Virus record (IMG/VR): IMGVR_UViG_3300010399_000032
Length of the DNA stretch: 64,000 nucleotides
Source of the DNA: a virus
Reading direction: 5' to 3' (one strand)
Part shown: positions 49,091-61,037 of the stretch, piece after piece
Position numbering within the stretch: position 1 is the stretch's first letter
Layout of the letters: every line of letters starts with the position of its first letter
Program-made: the position numbers and the translations under genes
Notes under the pieces: model-generated
Database searches by the model: none
Seen by the model: the letters and a program-made list of their open reading frames with translations, nothing else
What the model was told of the DNA's origin: nothing

Positions 49091-49372
49091 TTATAGCCGT
49101 TCCGAATAAACGTGGAAAACCAAACCGTCCGTCTGAATGGTACCAAGGAAATCACCTGATCCCTGAGGATCCATCGGATGACCGGTACCATAGATATGGA
49201 TAGCATACTTAAATGGATCGGTATCAGGTAGTACCTCTGCCCACAGACAGAGGGTTTCATTCCCAGCAAAATCCTTCTGAATAGCTACAGAGATAGGATG
49301 CCCAGATGGAATCTCAAGCTCCTGGTACTCAATTGGCTTGAGCGGGTACTTCCAAATCGTGCGAGTATGCAT
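49091..49372 (-). CDS. Conserved phage hypothetical protein
   Basis: IWKYPL...LWAEV...GTGH...GT.Q..GLVFHVY. Confidence 0.65.
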   Translation of the reverse strand: MHTRTIWKYPLKPIEYQELEIPSGHPISVAIQKDFAGNETLCLWAEVLPDTDPFKYAIHIYGTGHPMDPQGSGDFLGTIQTDGLVFHVYSERL

Positions 49373-51153
49373 AATAACTCCTTAGAACCAACCCAGCACA
49401 GCGCCGAGCGGAAAGAAGAAAATACCAATACCACGCAATACTTCAATTGCGGTAATGGCAGTTGAATCCTGGACTTCACCCACCAACTTGATGATATTAT
49501 CGACCCAGCCGATGCCACCAATGAACAGGAAGCTTACCCAGCTAAGGATCATGAATAGACCCGCACCAGCACCAAGAGTGGTATTACCACCCACATTAGA
49601 CTTAGACATATTTTAATTCCCTATTTCAGTTGTTTTTCGGTGGAGAAAGTTAACCATTTCAACCACTACTGGAGTACCACCACCGTTTCGGTACTTCGCC
49701 AGGTAGCTTGCCAAATCGCTATTTCCCACAATAAGGGCCTGATCGGGTTCACTAACCCAATCGGCATTAGGTCCCAAGAAATAGAGATTATTCTCAGTCT
49801 TATATCCGGCGGCATACCGGAATTGCCCATAATTATGTAGGCGAGTTTCTGTCTTTGTGTCAGTCATTCATTTTATCCCGCAAAGGCATAGTAAATTCAA
49901 CATAGGTTTTTCCAGGAGTTGGATCTGGACCATTATCGGTAAACCATAAAACGGCTTTACCGGCTTCGGTGATCTTTTTATCTTCGGTCACCAAGCCTTG
50001 GAGGACCAGATCCCATCCACAATTAGGATAGACGAATTTACCATCCCATTCACCAGTTTCCGTAAACTTTGCGCAAGTTTTGAGCAAAGCCAACTGGTCC
50101 GACTGTTTAAGTTTATCATCATTATTGTTAATTTTTGAACTCCTGATCTTCAAGATCCGTTGTGATAACCGTTTGTTTGTTGTAAAAATAAACCCGGATA
50201 CTTTCCGGCTTTAAATCCCAGGACGGCCCATAAGGGGTTAAACGGCCGGCAGCCTGTAACGCTTCATCCGGTGTTTCATACAAAATTCTGTAATTGCCAT
50301 CATAGGTCGTCCATGCCGGATATCGATTATTATCCGTCATACCACCATCAATTGTGCCAGCGTAAAGCGTTAAACCGGTCTTGGTTTTGGCCCGGCAATA
50401 ATAACCAGTCACACAAGAAGTCTGCACATCCTTAGTCATGTCACACCAGATATTGGATCGGAGCCTTGAGAAGGAAACAAGTTCCTTCCAAGTCCATTGT
50501 CTCAAGATAATCGAAGTTTGCCTTCGGGAACTTCTCGGGGTTGGTCAGGATATTTCGAGCACAGAGGACATTATTCCTCAGGATACCCCAATTAACATCC
50601 TCTAAGGTATCCCATCCAAATTCGCGACCAATCCAGGTCTGAGTAATACGCTCAGTCATTCTTAGTCTCCTTTGCCGGAACCAAGTTAATGGTGACAGGA
50701 ATCAACTTACATCCATAAGAAGTCCAACGATCTTGAGACTTCTTAGTCCATCCAATAACCTCAGCCTCTTGGATATTATCTGTTTGACTTCCACCAAGCT
50801 TGGCATAGGTTCCATCACGGAATTGGACAATGTACCTTTGATTATTGGCCATTCCAACCTCACTGATTACACATAGGATATAGTGATTATTGGCCCTCCG
50901 GCAAGAAAGAAAATGTAGAAAATCCTACTCTATTTCAAAGGAAACGCGAAAATCATCATCAAGATTGAGCGGTTTGTAGTTTTTCCTTGTCATAAAGGAA
51001 GGGGTCCACCCATTAAAAGCACCACCGTTGCTCGCAAACTTCTTAAATTTAAGGGCATCCTCCTCAAAAACAAAGGTTTCGACTATCTGTTCCGATGCAT
51101 TTTCATAGACAGACCAGAGGAAATCACCTTCGGCAGACTGCCCGACAATAACA

Positions 51154-51597
51154 TCATACATTTTCATAGTTTATCGCTCCATAATCTTGAGTATAATTAT
51201 AAGTATAGTTATGTTTTGGATAAGGAACTACAACTTCAACGGTTGCATGTAAGCGTTTAGGAGTATGATATAATGTTTCATCACCAATAACAACTAAACC
51301 TTTTTCATGTAATTCGAAAGCAAGTTCTTTAATGAGTAAATCTATATATGATTTTTTGATTTCAGTTTGATCGGTTACATTCATGGCATCATATGCATAA
51401 TCTAATTGAACATGATTGGTTAGTGTTTTGGTGTCACGGTAAAAAGGTTTTGGTTGATAAATTACTTGATTTTGTGCAGTTTTCTCACCATGGTCCTTGA
51501 GATAGTTCTTGCAAAATTCTATTCTATCACTGGAACTATTACATTTTCCAGCCTTATATTCGAATTTAGTCTGTTCTATTAAATCATCTTCAAACAT
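51154..51597 (-). CDS. Hypothetical protein
   Basis: ORF coupled to the helicase gene. Confidence 0.55.
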   Translation of the reverse strand: MFEDDLIEQTKFEYKAGKCNSSSDRIEFCKNYLKDHGEKTAQNQVIYQPKPFYRDTKTLTNHVQLDYAYDAMNVTDQTEIKKSYIDLLIKELAFELHEKGLVVIGDETLYHTPKRLHATVEVVVPYPKHNYTYNYTQDYGAINYENV

Positions 51598-52961
51598 TAT
51601 ACTTTCAAACCAGAGAATTTGTTCCTATGCTCGGGCTCCTCCTGACCGGAATCTGAAATGTTTTCCTGTGCCGACTGATCTACATCATACAACCTCATCT
51701 TAGCCCTGTCAATCCCAATGACAAACTTACGATCTAAGGAAACATCACGATATCGATTCTTAAGTTGTTTTATTTGAATTTGATTTAGGTCCTGGAGTTC
51801 GGGGGAATTGATGATGGCAACCATGAAATCTGCCGTGGCAGGAAGACCAAAGGATTCTGAGACATCCTCCATACCAACATCGGAATTAATTGAGCCGGAC
51901 CTAGTTGTCTGTGTTGCCGTAATGATTGGTACGGCAAATTCAACGGCCAAACCGCGAAGTTCTTCGGCAATAGCCTTAATATATGAATAGGAGTTAACAT
52001 TGGCACCTTGCTTTAATCGAGCCGATGCGCAGATATTGAGATAGTCAATAATGATAACATCGGGAGTGAAATTCTTCTTAAGTAGTAGTTCATTCAATAA
52101 TGCTTTGAAATGAATAGATGAAGCTGTTGCTGTTGGATATTCCTTAACAACTAATTTACCTTGGGCCTTGGTCTTAACCATCTGAGCCCGTTTCATGTAC
52201 ATATCCATGGATAGAGCCATCAGGTCATCCATGGTTAAATTCATCAGATTGGCATCAATACGGCGGGCAACTTCTTCTTCGGCCAATTCAAGGGTAATAT
52301 ATAAAACATTTTTACCTTGCACGAGAAAGGACGCAGCCATATGACACATGGTCAATGACTTACCTACACCCACACCAGCCATAATGACATTAAGTGTTTT
52401 CTTTGGTAACCCGCCCTTGGTGATACGATTGAAGTATTCTATATCGAAAGGAATACGATCTTCAACCTTATGGTAATATTCATATCTCTCTTGGAATAAT
52501 TCCATATAGTCATGGCCAACATTCGGATCAAAGGTCATGCCTACGGCTTTGGCCATTAGGTCAGGAATTGCACTTTTGGATAAAGAATGATGAGTGCCTT
52601 TGGTAATTTCAATAGACTTCATCAAGGCAAGATAGATGGCCTTATCCTGACAAAAGGTCTCGGTTGAATCTATCAACCAACCTTGATTTTCCTTTTCTTC
52701 TGAATCCCTAAATGATTGGAGCGTAGTAAGCGCGGTTTTTACCTGATCATCAGATAGATCAGGGGTATTTTTGATTTCAACTTCCAATGCTTCCACATTT
52801 GGGAGAGCATTATATTTGATCGTAAAATTCTTTATTTGTTGGAAAAGACTCCGTTCCTCAGGAACGGTGAAGTATTCATCTAGAAGAAATGGCAGGACCT
52901 TCTTGGAATAATCCTCATTTGTTATCAGGTTCCTCAGAATAATGGTCTCTATCGTTTTCAT
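51597..52961 (-). CDS. Replicative DNA helicase (T4 gp41-like)
   Basis: AGVGVGKS Walker A, ITLE, IIDYL, AIAEELRGLA, ESFGLPATAD. Confidence 0.97.
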   Translation of the reverse strand: MKTIETIILRNLITNEDYSKKVLPFLLDEYFTVPEERSLFQQIKNFTIKYNALPNVEALEVEIKNTPDLSDDQVKTALTTLQSFRDSEEKENQGWLIDSTETFCQDKAIYLALMKSIEITKGTHHSLSKSAIPDLMAKAVGMTFDPNVGHDYMELFQERYEYYHKVEDRIPFDIEYFNRITKGGLPKKTLNVIMAGVGVGKSLTMCHMAASFLVQGKNVLYITLELAEEEVARRIDANLMNLTMDDLMALSMDMYMKRAQMVKTKAQGKLVVKEYPTATASSIHFKALLNELLLKKNFTPDVIIIDYLNICASARLKQGANVNSYSYIKAIAEELRGLAVEFAVPIITATQTTRSGSINSDVGMEDVSESFGLPATADFMVAIINSPELQDLNQIQIKQLKNRYRDVSLDRKFVIGIDRAKMRLYDVDQSAQENISDSGQEEPEHRNKFSGLKV

Positions 52962-53268
52962 CGTCTTCCTTTATTCCTACACTGTCTAGAATTAATTGAT
53001 TCAAGATCACCCCGGCAACCTTATTAAATAAATGATCACTCTTTAGATCATCCGAATCAGGAGTGTGGTCACCATCATATGGTATATGCAAAATATGATA
53101 ACCAAATTTAAGTTTGGCTGTACCATCCTTTTCTTCCGAAATCTTAACCTCGGTATATCGGTAAATAATCCCTCGATATTTACCCAGGAGTAATTCAACC
53201 GGAACAGTTTCCGGAGAATTCGCATCAGCCAAATCGTCCCGAAATCTATAATCAACACCAAAGATCAT
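52915..53268 (-). CDS. Head vertex assembly chaperone (T4 gp40-like)
   Basis: Position between uvsX and gp41; Y.GIIY.Y...LKFGY. Confidence 0.6.
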   Translation of the reverse strand: MIFGVDYRFRDDLADANSPETVPVELLLGKYRGIIYRYTEVKISEEKDGTAKLKFGYHILHIPYDGDHTPDSDDLKSDHLFNKVAGVILNQLILDSVGIKEDDENDRDHYSEEPDNK

Positions 53269-54356
53269 TCATCAACCTCCTCTATTTCAGCCATCTCCTT
53301 TTCCTTAGCCAGGAGGTCTCCAGTGCCAAGGGCATAGGTAGACTTGAGATAATCCTTAAATTCTTGTTTAGAAAGAACGGTTTCCCAAATCTCATCCGAA
53401 TGAGAGATTTCATCTTCGGAATATTCTTCTCCAAAGAATTCACCATTTTCATCAATCTGTTGGAAGACACCTTTCTTAACCTTGGCAATCAATCCAAAAT
53501 CTATTGCATTACTTAGAAGACCCGACCAACGATTAATACCACCATCAAAAGTCACATTAATAGGAATCTTGGATTTCTCTTTAACATACCGAGATTTTTC
53601 GATAGTTATATTGAAATTATAACCGGTGACCTGAGTACCTTCCTTTTCCTGTTCACGCCCAATAAACCAAATGGTTGAAGATGAATAAACCGCACCTAAA
53701 CCACCTGACATAACCTGTTTAGGAAATAAACCCATTTCTTTATAGGTATGATTGATAGCAACAAGAGGAATATCCTTAATGGTTAGGATCGGAGTTACCA
53801 TTCGGAATAATGATTTAAGAGCCCTAGCCCTGGTCATATCAGCTACATGCTTATCCGATAATGCATCTTCAATTTCCTTGATCGATGGTACATTACCAAT
53901 CGAATCAATAATGATGAATACCTTATCACCTCGATCTAATCCTTCTAATTGAACCATCATATCCGTCTTAAGTTTTTCGATATTCTCAATAGGGGTATGG
54001 AGAATTCTCTTAGGATCGATATCAAGGCTTTCAAAATATTTCTTGGGTGTACCAAACTCATTATCATAAAATAGTAAGATACCTTCAGGATACTGGTCTA
54101 AAAATGCCTTGGCCATAACCAAGGCAAACAGAGATTTGAAATGCTTAGGAGGGCCAGCAATTGTAGTAAGACCGGGAATAACACCACCATCTGGATCAGC
54201 CGACAAAGCAACATTCATCATAGGAATTGTTGTTGGGATCATTTCAGCTTTATCATATATCTTTGATTGGTCAAGGACTGCGGCATCTTTGATTGTACTC
54301 CGAGCGAGCAATTTCTCCATCAAGGGAGACTTTTTTGATTTATCAGATTTCGACAT
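53265..54356 (-). CDS. uvsX: RecA-like recombinase
   Basis: GPPKHFKS, YDNEFG, DSIGN, DMTRA, NHTY. Confidence 0.96.
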   Translation of the reverse strand: MSKSDKSKKSPLMEKLLARSTIKDAAVLDQSKIYDKAEMIPTTIPMMNVALSADPDGGVIPGLTTIAGPPKHFKSLFALVMAKAFLDQYPEGILLFYDNEFGTPKKYFESLDIDPKRILHTPIENIEKLKTDMMVQLEGLDRGDKVFIIIDSIGNVPSIKEIEDALSDKHVADMTRARALKSLFRMVTPILTIKDIPLVAINHTYKEMGLFPKQVMSGGLGAVYSSSTIWFIGREQEKEGTQVTGYNFNITIEKSRYVKEKSKIPINVTFDGGINRWSGLLSNAIDFGLIAKVKKGVFQQIDENGEFFGEEYSEDEISHSDEIWETVLSKQEFKDYLKSTYALGTGDLLAKEKEMAEIEEVDE

Positions 54357-56911
54357 TAGATTTCTTTCTTTTTCATAAAACGCGACAAGGAACTAACTTT
54401 TTCTGTCTTCCATCCAATCGAATCCAAAATAATCTTAAGTGGTTCAACGAAAGACTTTTCATATTGAATATTATAATCTATATATCGATCCATGTCAAGT
54501 TCCTTTGGCAGGTTATTATGACAGGCAATAATATTACTCTTGGCTAGATTAGGTTCCTTAAGATAAATGAACTTAATCTTTTCACCTTCCTTAATCATAG
54601 GATATTTCTTTGTGAGACCGTATTCGGATAGGAGGCGATTATAAACAATCGATCCTCGGACATGGATGGGAGTATGGAGAGGTTCTGCCATATATTTCTT
54701 GATACCATTCACCCCACGTGGGAATGCAATATCGGAAACTGGCAAGGTTTTGAATTCTTCTCGGAAATCTTTGATGAATCCAATAATATCGGCCTCGGTA
54801 CCAGACAGGATAAGCTTAATTGCTTCATTAAGTTTGGTTCGGCAGGCCTTAGGAGTACTAGATTTCTTCACCTCTAGACCCATAACCTTGATTTCGGGTT
54901 CGGCATATTCTACGCCTTCATTATCCCACACATTCAGGATATAACGTTTCTTAGCTGTCCAAATTGCTCGGTCAGCCAAGGCTTCACGTTTCATTATCAT
55001 TTTTTGGGAATAAGCGTTTACATACGCAGCAAGGTCTTGATAAGATTTATCAATATAAGGTTGAATTTTATCCTTACAAATACGATCCATGAATCGGATA
55101 CGATCCCGAGTACTCTTAGCCGAGTACGTTTCGCCAAGAGATTCTTTAACCAATCGATCAAGAGAGAGGTAAATTGAGTCCGTATCCGAAGCAATAACAT
55201 AATCCACATCCGTGGTTTTGAGTATCCTATTCATATATAGGTTTACTTTATTTTGTATCCACTGGATTGAGAATTGACCACCTGTCGTAACTCCGATCGC
55301 AATACGTAGATCGAAGAATCTGAAATAAGGGGTTCCCATTGCTCCATAGAGGGAGTTGAGACATACTTTCTTTGAAAGTTGGAGATTTTTAAAACGGGAG
55401 ATTCTTTTTTTGATATCAAATTTTTTAGTTGGATCGGTCTCATGTTGAAGTTCCTCCTGAGCCTTAAGCATTAGTTTCTTATATCTCTGTCGGTCATCAA
55501 ACATCTTTTCCGTCATTTCAGGCATAAACCCTTTCTTGATGGTGGAAAAGAATTGACCATTAGGGGTAATTGTAACGTGGTCGGTCGCCAATCCAGATAA
55601 ATCACAACCCTGCGCCAAGAATTTCTCAACAGAAACACCTTGCGCAATAATTCGACGCATATTAGGGGTATAATTCGAAGGATCCACTAAGGTTTCAGGG
55701 CTTAGATTATACATCATGATCAGGCTAGGATACAGTGATGTTAAGTCAAATCCAGCAACATTTTCATGCTGCCCGATCAGAGGATCTTTAACATATGCAC
55801 CTTCATATCTCTCCGACTTAGAATGATCCTCGGCCATAGGCATGACTTTATTTTGCTTTTTGAGGTGATTATAGCAAAGTGTATGCCACATTCTCACCTG
55901 AGAGAAAGCATCCTCAAAATTACTCTTAGAGTCATATGCCAAAGTCAAGGCAAGTTCAATTAACCTGAGTTTATCCTCAAGTTTCTCAACTAGTTCCACG
56001 TCTTGGATATTATATTCAATAAACTTTTGGTAATTGGTTTTATAGAGGAGATAAAGTGTGCCTTCATCCTCATACGATAGCTTACCGATGTTTAATTCAA
56101 AATTACCAATAGCATCAAGTTTATATGACTCTTGAGATTTTCCTTCAGGAGCATATCTTTGGTAAAGATCGATATAATCTAGAGCAGAAATACCCAGAAG
56201 GGTATAGGTCTTGAATTCTCGCCCAGGCCCAAAATCAATCTGTTTATCATTGATCACGCCCCAAGGGGAAAGTTTTTTTGACCATTCATCACCAAACAAG
56301 TTATTAATACGATTAACAAGATAAGGAATATCAAAGAAACGTATATTCCAGCCGGTCACCACATCAGGATAATCAGACATCCACCAAGAAATAAAGCCCT
56401 TAAGCATAGCCAATTCATCAAGGAATTTATGATACATTACATCGGGTCGGGTTGTGGTGAAATCACCATACCCAAATACATGTATTTTACCTCGCGATTT
56501 TGTGGTGATTGCGGTTACAGGCCAGGTGGCGATAGAGGCCTCGGGAAATCCATCATCGGACCCCACCTCAATATCGATATCGGCAATATTCAGGTGAGAA
56601 ATATCCCACTGAATATCTTCCTCAGGGTGCTCATCAGCAATGAAGTTGTACTCATAAGAGGTATACCCAAATATACGAAAATTGGCCGTATCCTTATACT
56701 TCTCAATAAATTCACGACAATCCTTGATGCTGCCTGGCTTGATTGGAGCCACATGTTCACCAAAGATTGTCGTGATACCCGTCGCGGAAGGAGACGGTAA
56801 GTAAAGGGTTGGTTGGTAATCTATCTTATATCGTACTGGATGACCGTTTTCAATGCCTCTATAGAGAACCTTACCGCCCCAATTGGTAACGTTCGTATAA
56901 TATTTGACCAT
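54356..56911 (-). CDS. Family B DNA polymerase (T4 gp43-like)
   Basis: Exonuclease DIEV, GWN..FD; polymerase DLTSLYPS, K..LNSLYG, SDTDS, KKRY. Confidence 0.98.
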   Translation of the reverse strand: MVKYYTNVTNWGGKVLYRGIENGHPVRYKIDYQPTLYLPSPSATGITTIFGEHVAPIKPGSIKDCREFIEKYKDTANFRIFGYTSYEYNFIADEHPEEDIQWDISHLNIADIDIEVGSDDGFPEASIATWPVTAITTKSRGKIHVFGYGDFTTTRPDVMYHKFLDELAMLKGFISWWMSDYPDVVTGWNIRFFDIPYLVNRINNLFGDEWSKKLSPWGVINDKQIDFGPGREFKTYTLLGISALDYIDLYQRYAPEGKSQESYKLDAIGNFELNIGKLSYEDEGTLYLLYKTNYQKFIEYNIQDVELVEKLEDKLRLIELALTLAYDSKSNFEDAFSQVRMWHTLCYNHLKKQNKVMPMAEDHSKSERYEGAYVKDPLIGQHENVAGFDLTSLYPSLIMMYNLSPETLVDPSNYTPNMRRIIAQGVSVEKFLAQGCDLSGLATDHVTITPNGQFFSTIKKGFMPEMTEKMFDDRQRYKKLMLKAQEELQHETDPTKKFDIKKRISRFKNLQLSKKVCLNSLYGAMGTPYFRFFDLRIAIGVTTGGQFSIQWIQNKVNLYMNRILKTTDVDYVIASDTDSIYLSLDRLVKESLGETYSAKSTRDRIRFMDRICKDKIQPYIDKSYQDLAAYVNAYSQKMIMKREALADRAIWTAKKRYILNVWDNEGVEYAEPEIKVMGLEVKKSSTPKACRTKLNEAIKLILSGTEADIIGFIKDFREEFKTLPVSDIAFPRGVNGIKKYMAEPLHTPIHVRGSIVYNRLLSEYGLTKKYPMIKEGEKIKFIYLKEPNLAKSNIIACHNNLPKELDMDRYIDYNIQYEKSFVEPLKIILDSIGWKTEKVSSLSRFMKKKEI

Positions 56912-56918
56912 TTAAACC

Positions 56919-57302
56919 TTAGTTATTGTTAGAACCTCGTGGCAAAACAATAGGTGGAGAAGAAGATTGGATAATCGTAGAAAAAATCGATTTATACTGA
57001 TCCACAAATTGTTTTGTAGGGTTCATTATAGCAATAACCGAGGTTTTGTCAATGTTAATTTGTGTATCATCAGTGAATTGGGCCCAAGGAAGTAAACCAA
57101 CTTGTGGGCTCTTAGGATTAGTTGGATTAGGAAACATTACAATCCTGACAGGATTGAATAAGTTAATTACCATTGAAACGGTATTGGTATTTGTTTCGGC
57201 AATAATTTCATCACCATTCACCAACTTAAGGTATTTGATCGGTTTAACTTGTTTTGCTGGTTCTGGTTGACGCTCACGGTCTCTATTTGATACTAAATCC
57301 AT
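56919..57302 (-). CDS. Sm-like fold conserved T4-like protein
   Basis: KLVNGDEIIA...NP...PW. Confidence 0.6.
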   Translation of the reverse strand: MDLVSNRDRERQPEPAKQVKPIKYLKLVNGDEIIAETNTNTVSMVINLFNPVRIVMFPNPTNPKSPQVGLLPWAQFTDDTQINIDKTSVIAIMNPTKQFVDQYKSIFSTIIQSSSPPIVLPRGSNNN

Positions 57303-58197
57303 GGATTTGGTCCTATCTGTACTTTCTTAAGTTTTCCACATTTATCACAAACCTGGGCATATAATTTTCCCGATGGAATTTCCTTGCCGGGGGCCCATAT
57401 TTCAATTTCTTCCTTGATAGACCATTTATGTATATGCCCAAGGAATAACCATTGCAAAAGCCTAATCATTATACATCCAAATCAAAAAGGTAATCATAAA
57501 CTCCGAGAATTATCCACTTGAATGGAATAACCGAAACAGGATTACCGCTTTCGGATTTATAGACATAGGCATTCGCCTCGTCCCTGATCTTTCCCAATCT
57601 CTCCCATTTGCCATCGAAGGCGCGTTGCTTAAAGGCGGTTTCTAAAATTTGCATTTCTTTTTTCCTTTTCTTTCAGTGCAAAATTACGAATAAAAGGTGG
57701 TAATGGAACTTTGAAATAATCAAGCCAGTTCAACATTAACTGGAGTGGCCAGAAAATGACTATACTTAAATAATGGAAGGTGTTGTATTGATGATAGATA
57801 AATCGGTTCGATTCTGCAACCACCACCCCCAATGCTATCCAGAGGAAAATCCAATCAAACATGTATAAAATTTCCAACTACAATATTAACATTGGATATG
57901 GCTGCACTAGCGCGGTTCAATGGTTCCCTCGCTGATATTTGGGCCCACTGAGCCTTTCGAAGCCCCAATGTGATTTTAGTATCAACCTTATATGATACAC
58001 CCAATCTAACTTGTTTACTGAGAGGAATAATTGTGTCAAACATTTAATATTATGGCCAGATTCACGTCCAAAACCTCGCGAGGTTTTGCGTCCATTGCAA
58101 TATATTTCGACCATACTTTATGGGTATTTCCTACCACCTTTACTTTAATAGGTCGGTGATCAAACGTAATTTGTTTTGCTGTATTCATGATTTTAAT

Positions 58198-58273
58198 TGG
58201 AGCGGGAGAGGCTAGTTCGAATAACCATCTTCCCAGGGGGTACCTGGGCGCTCTACCTTTAAGCTATCCCCGC
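58198..58273 (-). tRNA. Atypical Gly-body tRNA, anticodon ACC (possible pseudogene)
   Basis: GCGGG acceptor, U73-CCA, loop GT-ACC-CC, one bulge in the acceptor. Confidence 0.6.
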
Positions 58274-58705
58274 AATGTAATTCATTACTTTTAGTATAAG
58301 AATTGGGCCAATCGAGTCTTGATTTAATCCTACTGTTATTCTGAATGGATCTAATATTCTACCGTAAGCATATCCTGTTAATATACATTTTGACCATATA
58401 TCAGAATCTAGCCGGGTGATTATATGTTTGACAGATTTCATAGCGTAGTAAGTTTTTTCTGAAATTGACTTTCATATTTAGCTAATTCAGGATGCAACTT
58501 TACTAATTCATGAAAGGCTGAATCTAGTTTACCCATTCGCATATATGTTTCAAACCAGGAAAAATTCGAGACAAAATCAGTCTCACCTCGGGCCAACAAT
58601 TCTTCCTTCAATTCCTTGGTAGAAAAATCGGTGATATCCTTATCATCATATTCATCATTATAATATGTAGCACCCATGACCTATTCCTTTAATTATTATA
58701 TTATA

Positions 58706-59731
58706 TCAGATATTTTTAGTGTTTACAATCATTCCTTCTGTATTTTCCGTAGTAATAGTTTGCAAATAATCAAGACATTCAAAAATGCTATGCTTAAGGG
58801 GGGTTGAAGCCACCCAATTCAACTTATTCTTTGCCTTATCCACATTAGGAATTCTCACCTGTACATCATTAGGAAATCTTCGAATTGTCGTAAATTCAAG
58901 TTCATGACCACCTTCCAGCATTCCCATATCCGTAGCAGTCTCATATATGAGGTTAGCCAATTGTTTCATGGTAACCTGCTCAGTATTTCCTAAATTGAAT
59001 GTTTCATTCAGAGTTGCATCCGTAAATGAATGATCAGCAATTGCAGTAGCCACATCATTAATCCAGGTAAAACACCTAATCTGTGAACCATCACCAATAA
59101 TAGGCAAAGGATTCAACTTGTTAATGGCTATATTTTGAATGAAATCAGCAAAAACGTGGGAAGTACCTTGTTCTCTTTCACGAGGCTCATAAGGAGTAAT
59201 AATATTGAATGGGCGCCAGATGGTATAATTAACACCATATTGATCTAGGAAGGCTTGAGATAATCTTTCACCCACAAGCTTAGATAGGCCATAATCTGTT
59301 TTAGGAATGGCAATGTTTACCGTATCCAATTCCTTTACCCCGGGAACTTGTAATGTTTCATACACCATAGAGGATGAAACATACACTACTCGGTCGACCG
59401 TATAATCGGAAGAAGCTTTTAATATATTATTATGGAGAGTTACATCTTCACCTAAAATATCGGCCTTATACTTATTAAATCCACCTATACCATATATGCG
59501 AGCCGCGGCATTAATCACGGCGTCTGGGCGGGCCTGATCAAATACATCATCCACAACCAAAGGATCAGCTAAATCTCCACGTAGGAATTTATAATTCCAA
59601 GGAATCAAATGCCGTCTTTGCCCATATCTTTGAAGATTATCAACTCCAAAAATTTCATGCCCATTGGCAATAAGTTTAGGAATAACGGCCTGCATAAGGC
59701 TACCTTCTGATCCGGCTACCAAAATTCTCAT
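58706..59731 (-). CDS. NAD-dependent NDP-sugar epimerase/dehydratase (UDP-GlcA decarboxylase-like)
   Basis: Rossmann GSEGSL, SSSMVY, YGLSK, RPFN, GDGSQIRCFT. Confidence 0.9.
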   Translation of the reverse strand: MRILVAGSEGSLMQAVIPKLIANGHEIFGVDNLQRYGQRRHLIPWNYKFLRGDLADPLVVDDVFDQARPDAVINAAARIYGIGGFNKYKADILGEDVTLHNNILKASSDYTVDRVVYVSSSMVYETLQVPGVKELDTVNIAIPKTDYGLSKLVGERLSQAFLDQYGVNYTIWRPFNIITPYEPREREQGTSHVFADFIQNIAINKLNPLPIIGDGSQIRCFTWINDVATAIADHSFTDATLNETFNLGNTEQVTMKQLANLIYETATDMGMLEGGHELEFTTIRRFPNDVQVRIPNVDKAKNKLNWVASTPLKHSIFECLDYLQTITTENTEGMIVNTKNI

Positions 59732-59732
59732 A

Positions 59733-61037
59733 TTATTCTCCTTGCATTGCCAATCTTACATTATTTGAAAATTTTATATCTTCAAATATCCAATCATTAA
59801 CTCGATAGATGCCATTGATCTTGTTTTTGCTAATATTCATTTTCTTCCAAACATCCACAATGATCGTATCACCCATTACCGAATTGGCATTATTTTCCAA
59901 CCAATCTTCGAAAATATCATGTGGTGTCATGACAACTACCGCATCAAATTTTCCTTGAGGCATCACATTATGTACATATTTATGGTTCACCAATGGATCA
60001 TAGAGTTGTACATTCACACCATGCTTAATACAAACCTTACGGAATTTAAAAGCCAGGCTATTCCGCGTATCATCATTATTAGCCTTGAAGGCCGCTCCTA
60101 GTACTAGGATATTATTAACTGATTTATCCTGAGTTTTGATGAGATTGTAAATGTAATCCGGCATACCTTCATTGATTTCAAAGGAAGCCCTGATCATGTC
60201 CACATATGGAACATCATCTAAAAGAAACTTTCCATCCTTGTATAAGCAAGGACCACCCACATTAGCACCAGGAAGAGGTAAAGCCATGCGAGAATAATGG
60301 TTATTTGACGCTTTGATAACCTTTTCAACATCTATACCTTTCTTTTGGCCAATCATATAGAATTCATTGGCCAAGGCAAATGTTACATAACGATACATAT
60401 TTGTAATCAATTTACCAAATTCGGCTTCCTCAGGAGTCAATTTAATGCATGAGGTAATACCTCTGAAAAATTCTACAGCCTTATCAAAACTCACATCACC
60501 AAATACACCCACCAATTGTGGATGCTCCATGGCTTCATTAATACTTCTTCCTTGTACTACACGTTCCGGAGCAAAGACCAGATAGTAATCTTTTCCTTCA
60601 ACCAATCGAGTAGCCTTTTCAATTCGATCCTTTAACAATTTGGTTGTACCAGGTGAAACGGTCGATCTAAGGAGAACAAGGGTACCTAGATGTGTTTCCA
60701 GATAAGATGTAAGTTGATCAATGACCTTAATGATACCTGTAAGATTAGGATTTCCTTCCTCATCTACAGGAGTTCCAATCATTATTGCAATTGCATTTGG
60801 GCTAAAAGCCCTAACATCTTCAAAATTTGAGGTGAATTGGAGAGTATGTAGGTTAAAGCATTCTTTAAGATATATTTCACCATTTTCTTCAATAAAGGGG
60901 ATCTTTCCTTCCTTTATTGAATTGATCGCGGGTTCATTGATATCATATCCAATAACCTGGTGTGCTCGGCTTAAGCTGCATACAATAGCAAACGGTAATC
61001 CAACATGCCCGGCTGCACCAATAACTGCTACCTTCAT
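59733..61037 (-). CDS. UDP-glucose/GDP-mannose dehydrogenase family
   Basis: GAAGHVGLP, RSTVSPGTT, PER, AEFGKL..N, GGPCL.KD, FKANNDDTRNS. Confidence 0.93.
   Translation of the reverse strand: MKVAVIGAAGHVGLPFAIVCSLSRAHQVIGYDINEPAINSIKEGKIPFIEENGEIYLKECFNLHTLQFTSNFEDVRAFSPNAIAIMIGTPVDEEGNPNLTGIIKVIDQLTSYLETHLGTLVLLRSTVSPGTTKLLKDRIEKATRLVEGKDYYLVFAPERVVQGRSINEAMEHPQLVGVFGDVSFDKAVEFFRGITSCIKLTPEEAEFGKLITNMYRYVTFALANEFYMIGQKKGIDVEKVIKASNNHYSRMALPLPGANVGGPCLYKDGKFLLDDVPYVDMIRASFEINEGMPDYIYNLIKTQDKSVNNILVLGAAFKANNDDTRNSLAFKFRKVCIKHGVNVQLYDPLVNHKYVHNVMPQGKFDAVVVMTPHDIFEDWLENNANSVMGDTIIVDVWKKMNISKNKINGIYRVNDWIFEDIKFSNNVRLAMQGE

Noticed and set aside
54356-56911. Intein, intron or split in the DNA polymerase
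   Set aside because: It is a single 851-aa ORF with normally spaced motifs.
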